A stretch of DNA of 32,000 bases from Vibrio vulnificus CMCP6 (GTDB lineage Bacteria > Pseudomonadota > Gammaproteobacteria > Enterobacterales > Vibrionaceae): contig NC_004460.2 of assembly GCF_000039765.1 (NCBI RefSeq), positions 360,001-392,000 on the forward strand. The letters are read 5' to 3'. The position numbers and the translations under genes were made by a program. The first letter of the stretch is position 1. Each line of letters opens with the position of its first letter. The notes under the pieces were generated by a model. The model was given only the letters and a program-made list of their open reading frames with translations. It did not search any database and was not told the origin of the DNA. Below, piece by piece: positions 19,609 through 28,644 of this stretch.

Positions 19609-20376
19609 TTACTTGGCCTCCGCTGTCGCTAATGCAACGGGCATATTCAACATCGCGGGCGCGACTTTTTGAGCGGCAATATCAAAGGCACGATTGACAT
19701 CTGTGCTAGAAATGGTGGTTAGCGATAACCAGTGACGTTGGTTTTGATCCCAATACCAGAACTGATTGGCATTGAGAGTGCGAGCAATAAGCGACACGCG
19801 ACCAAGATGCAGTTGTTCCACCTCAATCTGCTTACCATCGGCGAGCGTAATAGGAGCTTGGTAAGCAGACAACTTGCTGCCGTAATCCAACTCAATTTGA
19901 TACGCCTCTAGAATGCGGCGAAACTTTTCTGCATCCGCCACATCAGCGCGGACCATCATCTGTTCCAGTTTTTCAATACGCTCTTGGCGTTGCTGCCATT
20001 TGATCGGCATGTCTTGATTGATGGTTGTTTTGAGCGTGTCCAGCATGTCATACATTAGCGGTACAATGCCTTGACGAGTCACTTGAATGTCTTGAATCTG
20101 TTTTGCTAGGCTGCTCTTTTCTTGTTCTTGGTTGGCAATCATGCTGGTCAAGTGACGCTGATAGAGCTCTAGGTTACGAACTTCTTCCTTTAGGATTTCA
20201 ATCTCTGCTTGCAGTAACTGACTTTTATCGGCACTCGCATTTATAACGCTTTGGCTCTTACTGGCCGCGGTATGAGTACGATTTTGAATTTTCTGTGCTT
20301 GTTCAAGGTCGTTACTCATCGCGCCAGAACTTACGGCCCAAAGAAGTAACGCAGCACCTGCTTTATATCCAGACAT
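19609..20376 (-). CDS. DUF3450 family periplasmic coiled-coil protein
   Basis: MSGYKAGAALLLWAVSSGAMS signal; coiled-coil; RLEKLEQMMVRADVADAEKFRRILEAYQIELDYGSKLSAYQAPI typical DUF3450, immediately upstream of TtpC-like gene. Confidence 0.9.
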   Translation of the reverse strand: MSGYKAGAALLLWAVSSGAMSNDLEQAQKIQNRTHTAASKSQSVINASADKSQLLQAEIEILKEEVRNLELYQRHLTSMIANQEQEKSSLAKQIQDIQVTRQGIVPLMYDMLDTLKTTINQDMPIKWQQRQERIEKLEQMMVRADVADAEKFRRILEAYQIELDYGSKLSAYQAPITLADGKQIEVEQLHLGRVSLIARTLNANQFWYWDQNQRHWLSLTTISSTDVNRAFDIAAQKVAPAMLNMPVALATAEAK

Positions 20377-20417
20377 AGACGTTTTTGTTACCTAAAGTGA
20401 CTACCAAAACAATAAAT

Positions 20418-20436
20418 GATATTTATTCGCATTATC
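20418..20436 (-). promoter_or_regulatory. Candidate Fur box upstream of the TonB operon
   Basis: Reverse strand GATAATGCGAATAAATATC matches the 19-mer GATAATGATAATCATTATC at 15/19; 42 nt upstream of the DUF3450 start. Confidence 0.45.
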
Positions 20437-20638
20437 AATGCGGCGCATTGTAACGGAATTTTCTCGCAATACCAAATCGTATGAATAGTAAATCCGTGTT
20501 TATTTTGCCATCTCCAACGTGTTGTCGACCGTTCGGCTGCAGCGGCATGAGTAACGCGAAACCAGTGTCGCGCAATCCTTAGCAAGCGGTACCTAAAAAG
20601 AGCTGCTAAAAACCTGACCTCAATGGTGTACCCGTATT

Positions 20639-21127
20639 TTAAGGCAAAAGTAACTCATCTTCGATTGGGATATATTTGTCTACGACCGCTTGTAGGTTTT
20701 GTGCTGTTAAGCCCGGCACGCCATAAACCGTGACCTTTTTGCCAAACTTTTGCTGAATGCGTTCAACAAGGATTTCAAAATCGCCGTCGCCAGATAATAA
20801 AATGACCTCATCCACCATTGGCGCATGCTCAAAAGCGTCTAACGCGAGGCCCACATCCCAATCCCCTTTTGCACTGCCATCCCAGCGTTGAATAAATGGC
20901 TTCAGTTTTACGTCAAAACCAATACCCCGCAAAATGTGGTGAAACTGACGTTGACCCGGATCCTTACTTGAAATCGCATACGCATGAGCGACCACCACTT
21001 GTTTACCCTGGGTGGCCGACTGCCAAAAACGGTTGTAATCGAAATGTTTGCGGTACTTTTCTTTGCAGGTGTAATAAATATTCTGAACGTCGACAAAAAT
21101 CGCCACTTTACTGGTCATAACACGCAT
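20639..21127 (-). CDS. NYN/PIN-like (LabA/DUF88) putative RNase
   Basis: Acidic motifs VAIFVDVQN, KGDWDVGLALDA, EVILLSGDGDFEILV match NYN domain catalytic Asp pattern. Start may be the internal ATG (MTSKVAIF). Confidence 0.88.
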   Translation of the reverse strand: MRVMTSKVAIFVDVQNIYYTCKEKYRKHFDYNRFWQSATQGKQVVVAHAYAISSKDPGQRQFHHILRGIGFDVKLKPFIQRWDGSAKGDWDVGLALDAFEHAPMVDEVILLSGDGDFEILVERIQQKFGKKVTVYGVPGLTAQNLQAVVDKYIPIEDELLLP

Positions 21128-21252
21128 TTACTCTCTAAAAAATGTAGCCCTAACCCTATTCGATAGCCGGCGAAAAAGCGAGGCGAAAAACGAAATTAAT
21201 CCATTTAGCTATGCTTACGTATAGTAAGTAAAACATCTTACGAGGGAGCGGT

Positions 21253-21684
21253 ATGCGTTATTGGTCGATCGTCTTAATTTTATTCAGTGCTCTGGCTCAT
21301 TCGTATCCGGCTGATTCCGAAAAATGGCAGCACAGGAGCATTATGTTTTTTGCCCCGTCTCATGATCAGTATGTTCAACAATTTTTGCTGGAAACCCTGA
21401 TGGAGGAGTGCTCTTTGCAGGAACGCGACATCGTTACCTTAGTTATCAAAGAAGATGGCAGTACCGTTCCCGTTTGGGCACAAGACGCCTTTGATTTAAG
21501 TGTACTAAATGCGTTTTATGATATCCCAAAAGGTCAACACACCGGGATTTTGGTCGGCAAAGATGGACGGGAGAAGTTACGTTGGGGCGAAAAAACGGAT
21601 TGGACATTGTTGAAAAAGGTGATTGACCAAATGCCTCTTCGCCAGCAAGAAATGCAGCGGAATCCAAGCCGCTGTGCAATATAA
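21253..21684 (+). CDS. DUF4174 domain-containing exported protein
   Basis: Signal peptide; HRSIMFFAPSHDQY...ERDIVTLVI...TGILVGKDGREKLRWGE thioredoxin-like DUF4174 pattern. Confidence 0.8.
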   Translation: MRYWSIVLILFSALAHSYPADSEKWQHRSIMFFAPSHDQYVQQFLLETLMEECSLQERDIVTLVIKEDGSTVPVWAQDAFDLSVLNAFYDIPKGQHTGILVGKDGREKLRWGEKTDWTLLKKVIDQMPLRQQEMQRNPSRCAI

Positions 21685-21690
21685 AGGACG

Positions 21691-22449
21691 TTAAAACCAC
21701 TTGAGTTTGTCATGCAGCGAAGTCACGCTGCCGACCACGATCAACGCGGGACTGATTGCTTGAGTGGCCAATTCAGGGAGTTGTGTTAGGGTGCCCGTCA
21801 ATACGCGCTGTTCGCGACGGGTGCCATTTTCAATAATCGCGCACGACGTTGACGCATCCAACCCGTTTTCAAGCAATTTCTCCGCGATATAGCGGCACTG
21901 CTTTAACCCCATATAAAACACCAAAGTGTTGTTGGCCTGCGCCAATGATGGCCACTCTATCTCTTTGCCATCTTTTTGAATGTGCCCAGTAATAAACTGC
22001 ACGCTTTGCGCGTGATCTCTGTGGGTAAGTGGAATACCTGCATAGGCCGTTGCCCCCGCCGCTGCGGTGATGCCTGGCACCACTTCGAAACGCACATCAT
22101 GTTCCGCTAACTCTTCAAGCTCTTCTCCACCACGACCGAAGATGAACGAATCGCCCCCTTTCAAGCGAACCACGCGTTTTCCTTCCAACGCTTTTCTCAC
22201 CAGAATTTGGTTGATCTCTTCTTGCGGAACACAATGAAAATCAAGCTTCTTACCCACGTAGATCATTTCCGCCTTTTCGTTGGCTAACGCGAGAATTTCC
22301 GGTGAAACCAAACGATCGTATACCACCACTTCCGCTTGTTGAATCACTCGGTAACCCTTGACCGTGAGCAAATCCGGATCGCCAGGGCCTGCGCCGACAA
22401 GAGAAACAAAGCCTTGATTTTGCAATGAGGATAAAGAAGTTAGCGTCAT
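21691..22449 (-). CDS. cobA: Uroporphyrinogen-III C-methyltransferase
   Basis: [40 protein letters not shown] and [22 protein letters not shown] signatures. ATG at 22449 preferred over 22533. Confidence 0.94.
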   Translation of the reverse strand: MTLTSLSSLQNQGFVSLVGAGPGDPDLLTVKGYRVIQQAEVVVYDRLVSPEILALANEKAEMIYVGKKLDFHCVPQEEINQILVRKALEGKRVVRLKGGDSFIFGRGGEELEELAEHDVRFEVVPGITAAAGATAYAGIPLTHRDHAQSVQFITGHIQKDGKEIEWPSLAQANNTLVFYMGLKQCRYIAEKLLENGLDASTSCAIIENGTRREQRVLTGTLTQLPELATQAISPALIVVGSVTSLHDKLKWF

Positions 22450-22583
22450 GGTTGAGCCTATTGAATAAATTTGATGATAAAGAGTACCACTCAGCGCCTC
22501 TCTGTGAGGGAAATGTTTACTTTTTATCAGCAAAACGAGTGAATGATGGTTGCTGTGTTGGCGGTTTTCTCAGAGTTGAATCG

Positions 22584-22610
22584 TCGCCCTGAGGGAACAC
22601 CTCAGGGCGA
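22584..22610 (-). terminator. Intra-cluster hairpin, possible attenuator or weak terminator
   Basis: TCGCCCTGAGG-GAACA-CCTCAGGGCGA perfect 11-bp stem between transporter stop and cobA; no strong T-run directly downstream. Confidence 0.45.
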
Positions 22611-22616
22611 TATGGT

Positions 22617-23474
22617 TTATTTGATGCTCAGCGCAGGTTCTGCATTGATTTCAGTTTGCTTTTCAGTCACATCAATCGCTGGTGCTGTTTTCGCATGAGT
22701 CAGGTACAGTGGAATACAGGTGAACAGCAAGCCGCCTACGATGTTACCAAGAATGGTTGGGATCAGGTTGAAGTTCAACCAAGTCGCGATACCAAAATCC
22801 GCACCCAGCATCATACCTAGCGGGAATAGGAACATGTTCACCACCGCGTGTTCGAAAACCAACGCAAAGAAGATAAAGATAGGTAGCCACATTGCCGCAA
22901 TTTTACCTGCAACGGTACGTGCAGAAAGGTTACCAATCACGCCCAGACACACCATCAAGTTACACAAAATACCGCGCACGAAACAGGTGATCCAGCCGTC
23001 AGCACCTAGGTTTTCAAAACCGACTGTACGAGCAGTGGCAGCCTTGATAAAGGTTTGACCGACCGCATTTGGTTCAACACTGAAGTTCATGGTTAGCGAA
23101 AGCGCAATCAAAAACGCCACAAGCAGTGAACCAATCAAGTTGCCCAGACCAACAAGGCCCCAACAACGTAAGATACGGCCCCAAGTAATACCTGGACGGT
23201 TTTCAAATTTGGCTAACGGTGCAAGACCAAAAACACCTGTCACCAAGTCGTAGCCCATAAGGCTGAGAATACAGAAACCCACAGGGAACACTAACGCGCC
23301 CACAATGCCAATGCCTGTTTGCGTAATGGTGGTAATCGCCACCACAACCGCCAACGACAGAATGATACCTGCCATCATACCGCGTAAAACCAAATCGCGG
23401 GTCGAGGTTTTTACTTTCGCTTCACCAACATCAATCATGGTTTGTACGAATTCTGCAGGTCTTAAGTCAGACAT
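22617..23474 (-). CDS. Formate/nitrite transporter family protein (NirC-like)
   Basis: FNT family features: RILRCWGLVGLGNLIGSLL, FVRGILCNLMVCLGV, FEHAVVNMFLFPLGM; located in the nirBD cluster. Confidence 0.92.
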   Translation of the reverse strand: MSDLRPAEFVQTMIDVGEAKVKTSTRDLVLRGMMAGIILSLAVVVAITTITQTGIGIVGALVFPVGFCILSLMGYDLVTGVFGLAPLAKFENRPGITWGRILRCWGLVGLGNLIGSLLVAFLIALSLTMNFSVEPNAVGQTFIKAATARTVGFENLGADGWITCFVRGILCNLMVCLGVIGNLSARTVAGKIAAMWLPIFIFFALVFEHAVVNMFLFPLGMMLGADFGIATWLNFNLIPTILGNIVGGLLFTCIPLYLTHAKTAPAIDVTEKQTEINAEPALSIK

Positions 23475-23626
23475 AATGCGTCCCTTTATAAAAGTTAAAA
23501 TTAAAAGTGAAAGATTGAATAGAGAAAGGCTTCCTGTTCTATATCGTCTTTTCCCTACAAAAATCCGTTAAGGGAACAAGAAACCTTTGTGCTATTGAAT
23601 CTCTTACCAGCTTACCTAACGCTTAG

Positions 23627-23950
23627 CTAAGCAGAGATTTCGACAATGCCGTTATTGACGCGCGCTTGGTATGCTTTGATGTTAAAACGTTCATCTTCCA
23701 TACACGCACCGGTTGCCAAGTTAAAGCGCTGCTTTTTCAGTGGACTCGCAACCCAAAGCTCGCCTTTGTGCTCGGCGATCAAACCGCGAGATAACACGTT
23801 TGAGCGCGCAAATGGGTCCATGTTACTGATAGCAAATACCTGCTCTTCTTCACTTGGTCTAAACAGCGCAATTTGCTGCCCATTGACCAAGGCACAAACA
23901 CCCGTACCTGGAATAATGTCGTTAATATCGCATACTTGTTCAAAAGCCAT
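23627..23950 (-). CDS. nirD: Nitrite reductase (NADH) small subunit
   Basis: Rieske-like NirD: FAISNMDPFARSNVLSRGLIAEHKGELWVASPLKKQRFNLATGACMED. Confidence 0.94.
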   Translation of the reverse strand: MAFEQVCDINDIIPGTGVCALVNGQQIALFRPSEEEQVFAISNMDPFARSNVLSRGLIAEHKGELWVASPLKKQRFNLATGACMEDERFNIKAYQARVNNGIVEISA

Positions 23951-23964
23951 GTTTGCTTCTCCTA

Positions 23965-26526
23965 TTATTCCGTTACCGCTACGTGCAAGATGTCACCTTT
24001 CAACTCTGGGTGTTTCTCTGCAAACGTTGCTGGGCGATGTTGTTGACGCTCTGAAACAAACACAACGTTTTCATCACGCTTGTCTGAGTTAATAAAGTGC
24101 GCAAAGCGTGTTAGCTGAGCTTCATCGTTAATGGTTTCATTCCATTCACAGCGATACGCTTCCACCAATTTCGCGATGTCCGCTTCCAACTGTTCATTGA
24201 TGCCTAATTTGTCTTCAACAATCACTTGGCGTAGGTAGTCCACACCCCCTTCCATGTTGCCTAGCCACACAGAGGTGCGCTGCAGTGGCGCAGAAGTGCG
24301 GATGTAGAACATCATGAAACGGTCGATGTATTTGATCAGCGTTTCTTGGTCTAGGTCGCTCGCAAGCAAATCAGCGTGGCGAGGCTTCATACCGCCATTA
24401 CCACACACGTACATGTTCCAGCCTGCGTCTGTGGCGATAATACCGAGGTCTTTACCCTGCGCTTCAGCACATTCACGCGTACAGCCTGACACACCAAATT
24501 TCATCTTGTGCGGAGTGCGGATGCCTTTGTAGCGGTTCTCGATAAACACGCCAAGACCTACCGAATCTTGAACACCGTAACGACACCAGGTTGAACCCAC
24601 ACAGGTCTTCGCCATGCGCAGTGCTTTGGCATACGCTTGGCCAGTCTCATAGCCAGCGGCAATCAGTTTTTTCCAGATAGCTGGAAGATCGTCTTTTTGC
24701 GCACCAAACAGACCAATACGCTGAGCACCCGTTACTTTGGTGTAGAGATTGTATTCCGCCGCCACTTCCGCCAACACTTTTAGTGCCTGTGGCGTCACTT
24801 CACCACCCGCCATACGTGGGATCACCGAATAAGTGCCGTCTTTTTGCATGTTGCCAAGGAAGTTATCGTTGGTGTCGTGCAGCTTCACTAACTGAGGCTT
24901 CAGGATGTGCTCACCCCAGCATGACGCCAAAATTGACCCCACCGCTGGCTTACACACTTCACAGCCATAGCCTTTGCCATGTTTTGCCAACAGTTCATCA
25001 AAGGTTTTGATCTCTTCGATGCGAATGAGGTGGAACAGCTCTTGGCGAGAGTAAGCGAAGTGCTCACAGATATCGCTTTTCACTTCAACACCCGCTTTTG
25101 CAAGCTCAGCGTTTAGTACCGAAGTAACCAGTGGAATACAACCACCACAGCCAGTGCCTGCACCGGTAACCGCTTTGATGTCGCCGATGGTGTGATGACC
25201 GTCAGCCACCGCTTGCGCAATCTTGCCTTTAGTCACATCGAAACACGAACAGATCACCGCAGAATCTGGCAGTGAATCTGCGCCGAGTTTTGGCTTCTCA
25301 GCACCAGCGTGCGCTGGCAGGATCAAGGTATCTGGATGCTGTGGCAGCTCAATTTCATTCAACATCAGTTGCAGTAAGTCACCGTAATCCGACGTGTCAC
25401 CTACCATTACTGCGCCGAGTAATTTCTTGTTGTCTGCTGAAACGATCAAACGCTTGTAGACTTCAAGCTCTTCGTTTTGATAAACGTAGCTCTTACAACC
25501 AGGAGTACGGCCATTAGCGTCGCCAATCGAACCTACTTTGACACCCAGCAGTTTGAGCTTGGCAGACATATCCGCCCCTTCAAACTTACTGTCAACGTTG
25601 CCTAGCAGGTGATCCACGGCAACGGTGGCCATTTTGTAACCCGGCGCAACCAGCCCATAGAACATCTTATTCCATGATGCACATTCACCAATGGCGTAGA
25701 TATTGCTGTCTGTGGTTTGACAGTGATCGTTAATTTCAATACCGCCACGAGGTGCGATACCAAGGCCCATTTGGCGAGCCAGTTTGTCTTGAGGACGAAT
25801 ACCCGCAGAGAATACGATGAAGTCAGTCTCAAGCTCAGTGCCATCGGCAAAGCGCATCACATTACGTGCTTGTTCACCTTCCGCTGCGATTTCCAAGGTG
25901 TTTTTACTGGTATGAACTTTCACGCCCATACGTTCGATTTTTTGACGAAGTTGGTCACCACCGGCTTGATCCAGCTGTTCAGCCATCAGTTTAGGGGCAA
26001 ACTCGACAACGTGTGTTTCCATGCCCAAAGCTTTTAGCGCACCCGCCGCTTCCAAACCAAGCAAACCGCCGCCAATCACCACACCGCTTTTGCTCTTCTT
26101 CGCACATGCTTCGATGGCTTTTAGATCCTCGATGGTGCGGTAAACAAAGCAATCTTTACTTTCATTGCCTTTGATTGGTGGAACAAATGGGTAAGAACCT
26201 GTCGCAAGAATCAGCTTATCGTATTGAATTTCACGGCCCGAACTCGAATACACCGTTTGTTTTTCACGGTTAATATTGATCGCGCGCTCACCTAACAACA
26301 CTTTGATCGCGTGCTTTTCATAAAAGCCGGTTTTCACCAATGAGAGTTCATCAGCAGTGTGATGTGAGAAATAAGAAGAGAGATGGACGCGATCGTACGC
26401 AACGCGTGGTTCTTCACAAAATACGGTGATGTCGTACTGAGAAACATCCGTTTTATCAACCAGATCTTCGATATAACGGTGGCCGACCATCCCGTTACCG
26501 ACAATCACTAGCTTCAACTTGCTCAT
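23965..26526 (-). CDS. nirB: Nitrite reductase (NADH) large subunit
   Basis: 853 aa; FAD/NAD domains, BFD-like CSCFDVTKG...GAGTGCGGC, siroheme/4Fe-4S motif TCVGSTWCRYG...KFGVSGCTRECAEAQ. Confidence 0.96.
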   Translation of the reverse strand: MSKLKLVIVGNGMVGHRYIEDLVDKTDVSQYDITVFCEEPRVAYDRVHLSSYFSHHTADELSLVKTGFYEKHAIKVLLGERAININREKQTVYSSSGREIQYDKLILATGSYPFVPPIKGNESKDCFVYRTIEDLKAIEACAKKSKSGVVIGGGLLGLEAAGALKALGMETHVVEFAPKLMAEQLDQAGGDQLRQKIERMGVKVHTSKNTLEIAAEGEQARNVMRFADGTELETDFIVFSAGIRPQDKLARQMGLGIAPRGGIEINDHCQTTDSNIYAIGECASWNKMFYGLVAPGYKMATVAVDHLLGNVDSKFEGADMSAKLKLLGVKVGSIGDANGRTPGCKSYVYQNEELEVYKRLIVSADNKKLLGAVMVGDTSDYGDLLQLMLNEIELPQHPDTLILPAHAGAEKPKLGADSLPDSAVICSCFDVTKGKIAQAVADGHHTIGDIKAVTGAGTGCGGCIPLVTSVLNAELAKAGVEVKSDICEHFAYSRQELFHLIRIEEIKTFDELLAKHGKGYGCEVCKPAVGSILASCWGEHILKPQLVKLHDTNDNFLGNMQKDGTYSVIPRMAGGEVTPQALKVLAEVAAEYNLYTKVTGAQRIGLFGAQKDDLPAIWKKLIAAGYETGQAYAKALRMAKTCVGSTWCRYGVQDSVGLGVFIENRYKGIRTPHKMKFGVSGCTRECAEAQGKDLGIIATDAGWNMYVCGNGGMKPRHADLLASDLDQETLIKYIDRFMMFYIRTSAPLQRTSVWLGNMEGGVDYLRQVIVEDKLGINEQLEADIAKLVEAYRCEWNETINDEAQLTRFAHFINSDKRDENVVFVSERQQHRPATFAEKHPELKGDILHVAVTE

Positions 26527-26561
26527 AATACTTCCTAAGGGTTAGGTTCTTATCTGAGCGC

Positions 26562-26632
26562 ATTGTTAATTATGAAAGAAAATGAAAATATGATGTAAAT
26601 CAATTACGAAATTAAACTACCCTAAAGGGGTA
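26562..26632 (-). promoter_or_regulatory. nirB promoter: FNR-like site (26590-26603), NarL/NarP-like 7-2-7 site (26617-26632), -10 candidate (26562-26567)
   Basis: Reverse strand TTGATTTACATCAT (9/10 conserved FNR positions); TACCCCT-TT-AGGGTAG; AACAAT as -10. Centre-to-centre spacing of the two sites is 28 bp. Confidence 0.65.
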
Positions 26633-27034
26633 GATACTTTAGGGTTAGATGAATAAACCCTTGAAAATGTGGGGTTGGACACTTTTTATACCAAGATGTA
26701 CAACGATATTTAGAAAAGAAGATCGTTTTAAAGCAAACTTTGTGTAATATTTTTTCACAACTTACCCCAACTTATTGGCCGTCAGTGATCAAAAACGAAC
26801 AATTGATACGATCGACATCACGATACCAATGTAACTATTTGTTTCAAGTGTTCTATTTTTCACACCAAGTTGAAGCGAATCACCTTTTAATAATCATTTT
26901 GTTAATATCTCTAAAGCTTTGATTCAGGTCATAAATGCAACGATTATTCGAGCTGTATCATATGCACTGGTGTATTCATAAGCACCTTTCCACGACTTGC
27001 TCTATCACACATTCTAAGAGAAATAATAATCAAA

Positions 27035-28579
27035 ATGACCACCCAATCTACGCTCAACAAACACTATTCAGAACGTGCCAATTTAATCTCAACCACCAAC
27101 CCAGACAGCATCATTACTTACGCTAACGACGAGTTTTGTGATATTGCCGGGTTCTCACAGCAGGAGTTAGTTGGCAATCCTCATAACATGGTTCGTCACC
27201 CTGATATGCCAAAACAAGCGTTTGCTCAGCTGTGGCAATACTTACGTTCAGGAAAAAGCTGGATGGGGTTAGTAAAAAACCAATGCAGCGATGACAAGCA
27301 TTACTGGGTTTCAGCATTCGTTACGCCGATCAAAAGTGCTGATGGCGACATCATTGAATTTCAATCCGTCCGTTCTAAACCAAGCGCAGAACAAGTGGAA
27401 CGAGCACAGGCGCTTTACGATCAGCTACGAGCGAATAAACATCGTGCAAAACCAAGGCTCACTTTCCACCACCTTTCTACTCTTGGTTCTTTTGCAACTG
27501 CGGGCTTAATTTTGGCTGGCACTCTCACCGCTTCTAACGTCTTGCTCACTCTAAGCGGGGGTTGTGCTTTACTGTTGGGGGCGAACGCTCTCTACCAAGC
27601 GAAACGATTTGGCAATCTTCGAGCCCTAGCTCACGATGCCTATCATAATCCTCTCATGGAGAAGCCTTATACCAATCACTTTGACGATTACTCACAAATC
27701 GAGTTGGCGTTAATGATGAAAAAGGCGGAATTGCGCGCGGTGACGGCTCGTGCCACTGAAACTTCCGGCGGAATTCTGATCTCAGCAGAAGAGGAATTTG
27801 CCACCATTCAGTCCATCGGTGCCAGCTTGGATCAACAATGCCACGAAACGCAGCAAGTGGCCGCCGCCGTTGAGGAGCTGACTCACTCGATCAATGAGGT
27901 GGCGAATGCGGCGTCTGCCGCGTCCATGCTTACGGAAGAAGCCAATGAGGCGTCTCAAACGGGCTTGGAGAGCATTGGAACCACCATACGAGTGGTGGAT
28001 GCCATGGCCAAAGAGCTGGAACACTCGAAAGCCGTGATTGAGCAGTTATCGAACCATACTCAGAAAATCGACAGTATTTTAGAAGTGATCACCACCATCT
28101 CTGAACAGACCAATCTGTTGGCGTTAAACGCTGCAATTGAAGCCGCGCGCGCCGGGGAAGCGGGCCGTGGCTTTGCCGTGGTGGCCGATGAAGTTCGGAA
28201 TTTGGCGTCAAAAACGGGCAGCAGTGCCAATGAGATCCATGCGATGATCAATCAGCTTCAAACAACGGCCAAACAGGCAGTGGAAGCAATGAATACGGGG
28301 TTTGATTTGTCTCAGGATTGTAAGAAACAAGCCGATGCAACAGGCGATGTTCTTTCCGTTATTCGCGATAAATTGGACGCGGTAACAGACAGCAGCCATC
28401 AAATCGCCACTGCGGTAGAGCAACAAGCCAGTGTAACGCACGAGATCAATCGCAACATCGTCAACATTAAGCAGCTCGCTGACGATACTTCTCAGTCGTC
28501 CCACAGCTCTGTGCAACGCACTAGCCACCTAGTGGACAGTATTGAAGACTTACAGCGTTTGATGAAGCAGTTTGTCTAG
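27035..28579 (+). CDS. PAS domain-containing methyl-accepting chemotaxis protein (Aer-like)
   Basis: N-terminal PAS: [56 protein letters not shown]; MCP hairpin [35 protein letters not shown]. Confidence 0.94.
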   Translation: MTTQSTLNKHYSERANLISTTNPDSIITYANDEFCDIAGFSQQELVGNPHNMVRHPDMPKQAFAQLWQYLRSGKSWMGLVKNQCSDDKHYWVSAFVTPIKSADGDIIEFQSVRSKPSAEQVERAQALYDQLRANKHRAKPRLTFHHLSTLGSFATAGLILAGTLTASNVLLTLSGGCALLLGANALYQAKRFGNLRALAHDAYHNPLMEKPYTNHFDDYSQIELALMMKKAELRAVTARATETSGGILISAEEEFATIQSIGASLDQQCHETQQVAAAVEELTHSINEVANAASAASMLTEEANEASQTGLESIGTTIRVVDAMAKELEHSKAVIEQLSNHTQKIDSILEVITTISEQTNLLALNAAIEAARAGEAGRGFAVVADEVRNLASKTGSSANEIHAMINQLQTTAKQAVEAMNTGFDLSQDCKKQADATGDVLSVIRDKLDAVTDSSHQIATAVEQQASVTHEINRNIVNIKQLADDTSQSSHSSVQRTSHLVDSIEDLQRLMKQFV

Positions 28580-28598
28580 CCCCTTTATCGCAACAGCA

Positions 28599-28625
28599 AA
28601 TAAGGCAGCGTAACGCTGCCTTATT
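28599..28625. terminator. Bidirectional rho-independent terminator
   Basis: AATAAGGCAGCG-TAA-CGCTGCCTTATT perfect 12-bp stem between convergent genes. Confidence 0.85.
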
Positions 28626-28644
28626 AATTGGTTCTCGCTGCTGT

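Noticed and set aside
20388-20585. 65-aa minus-strand ORF upstream of the TonB operon
   Set aside because: No family resemblance, and it occupies the probable promoter region. I could not support it as coding.
27782-28528. Several minus-strand ORFs (80, 63, 106 aa) inside the PAS-MCP gene
   Set aside because: Antisense shadows of the conserved MCP signalling domain.
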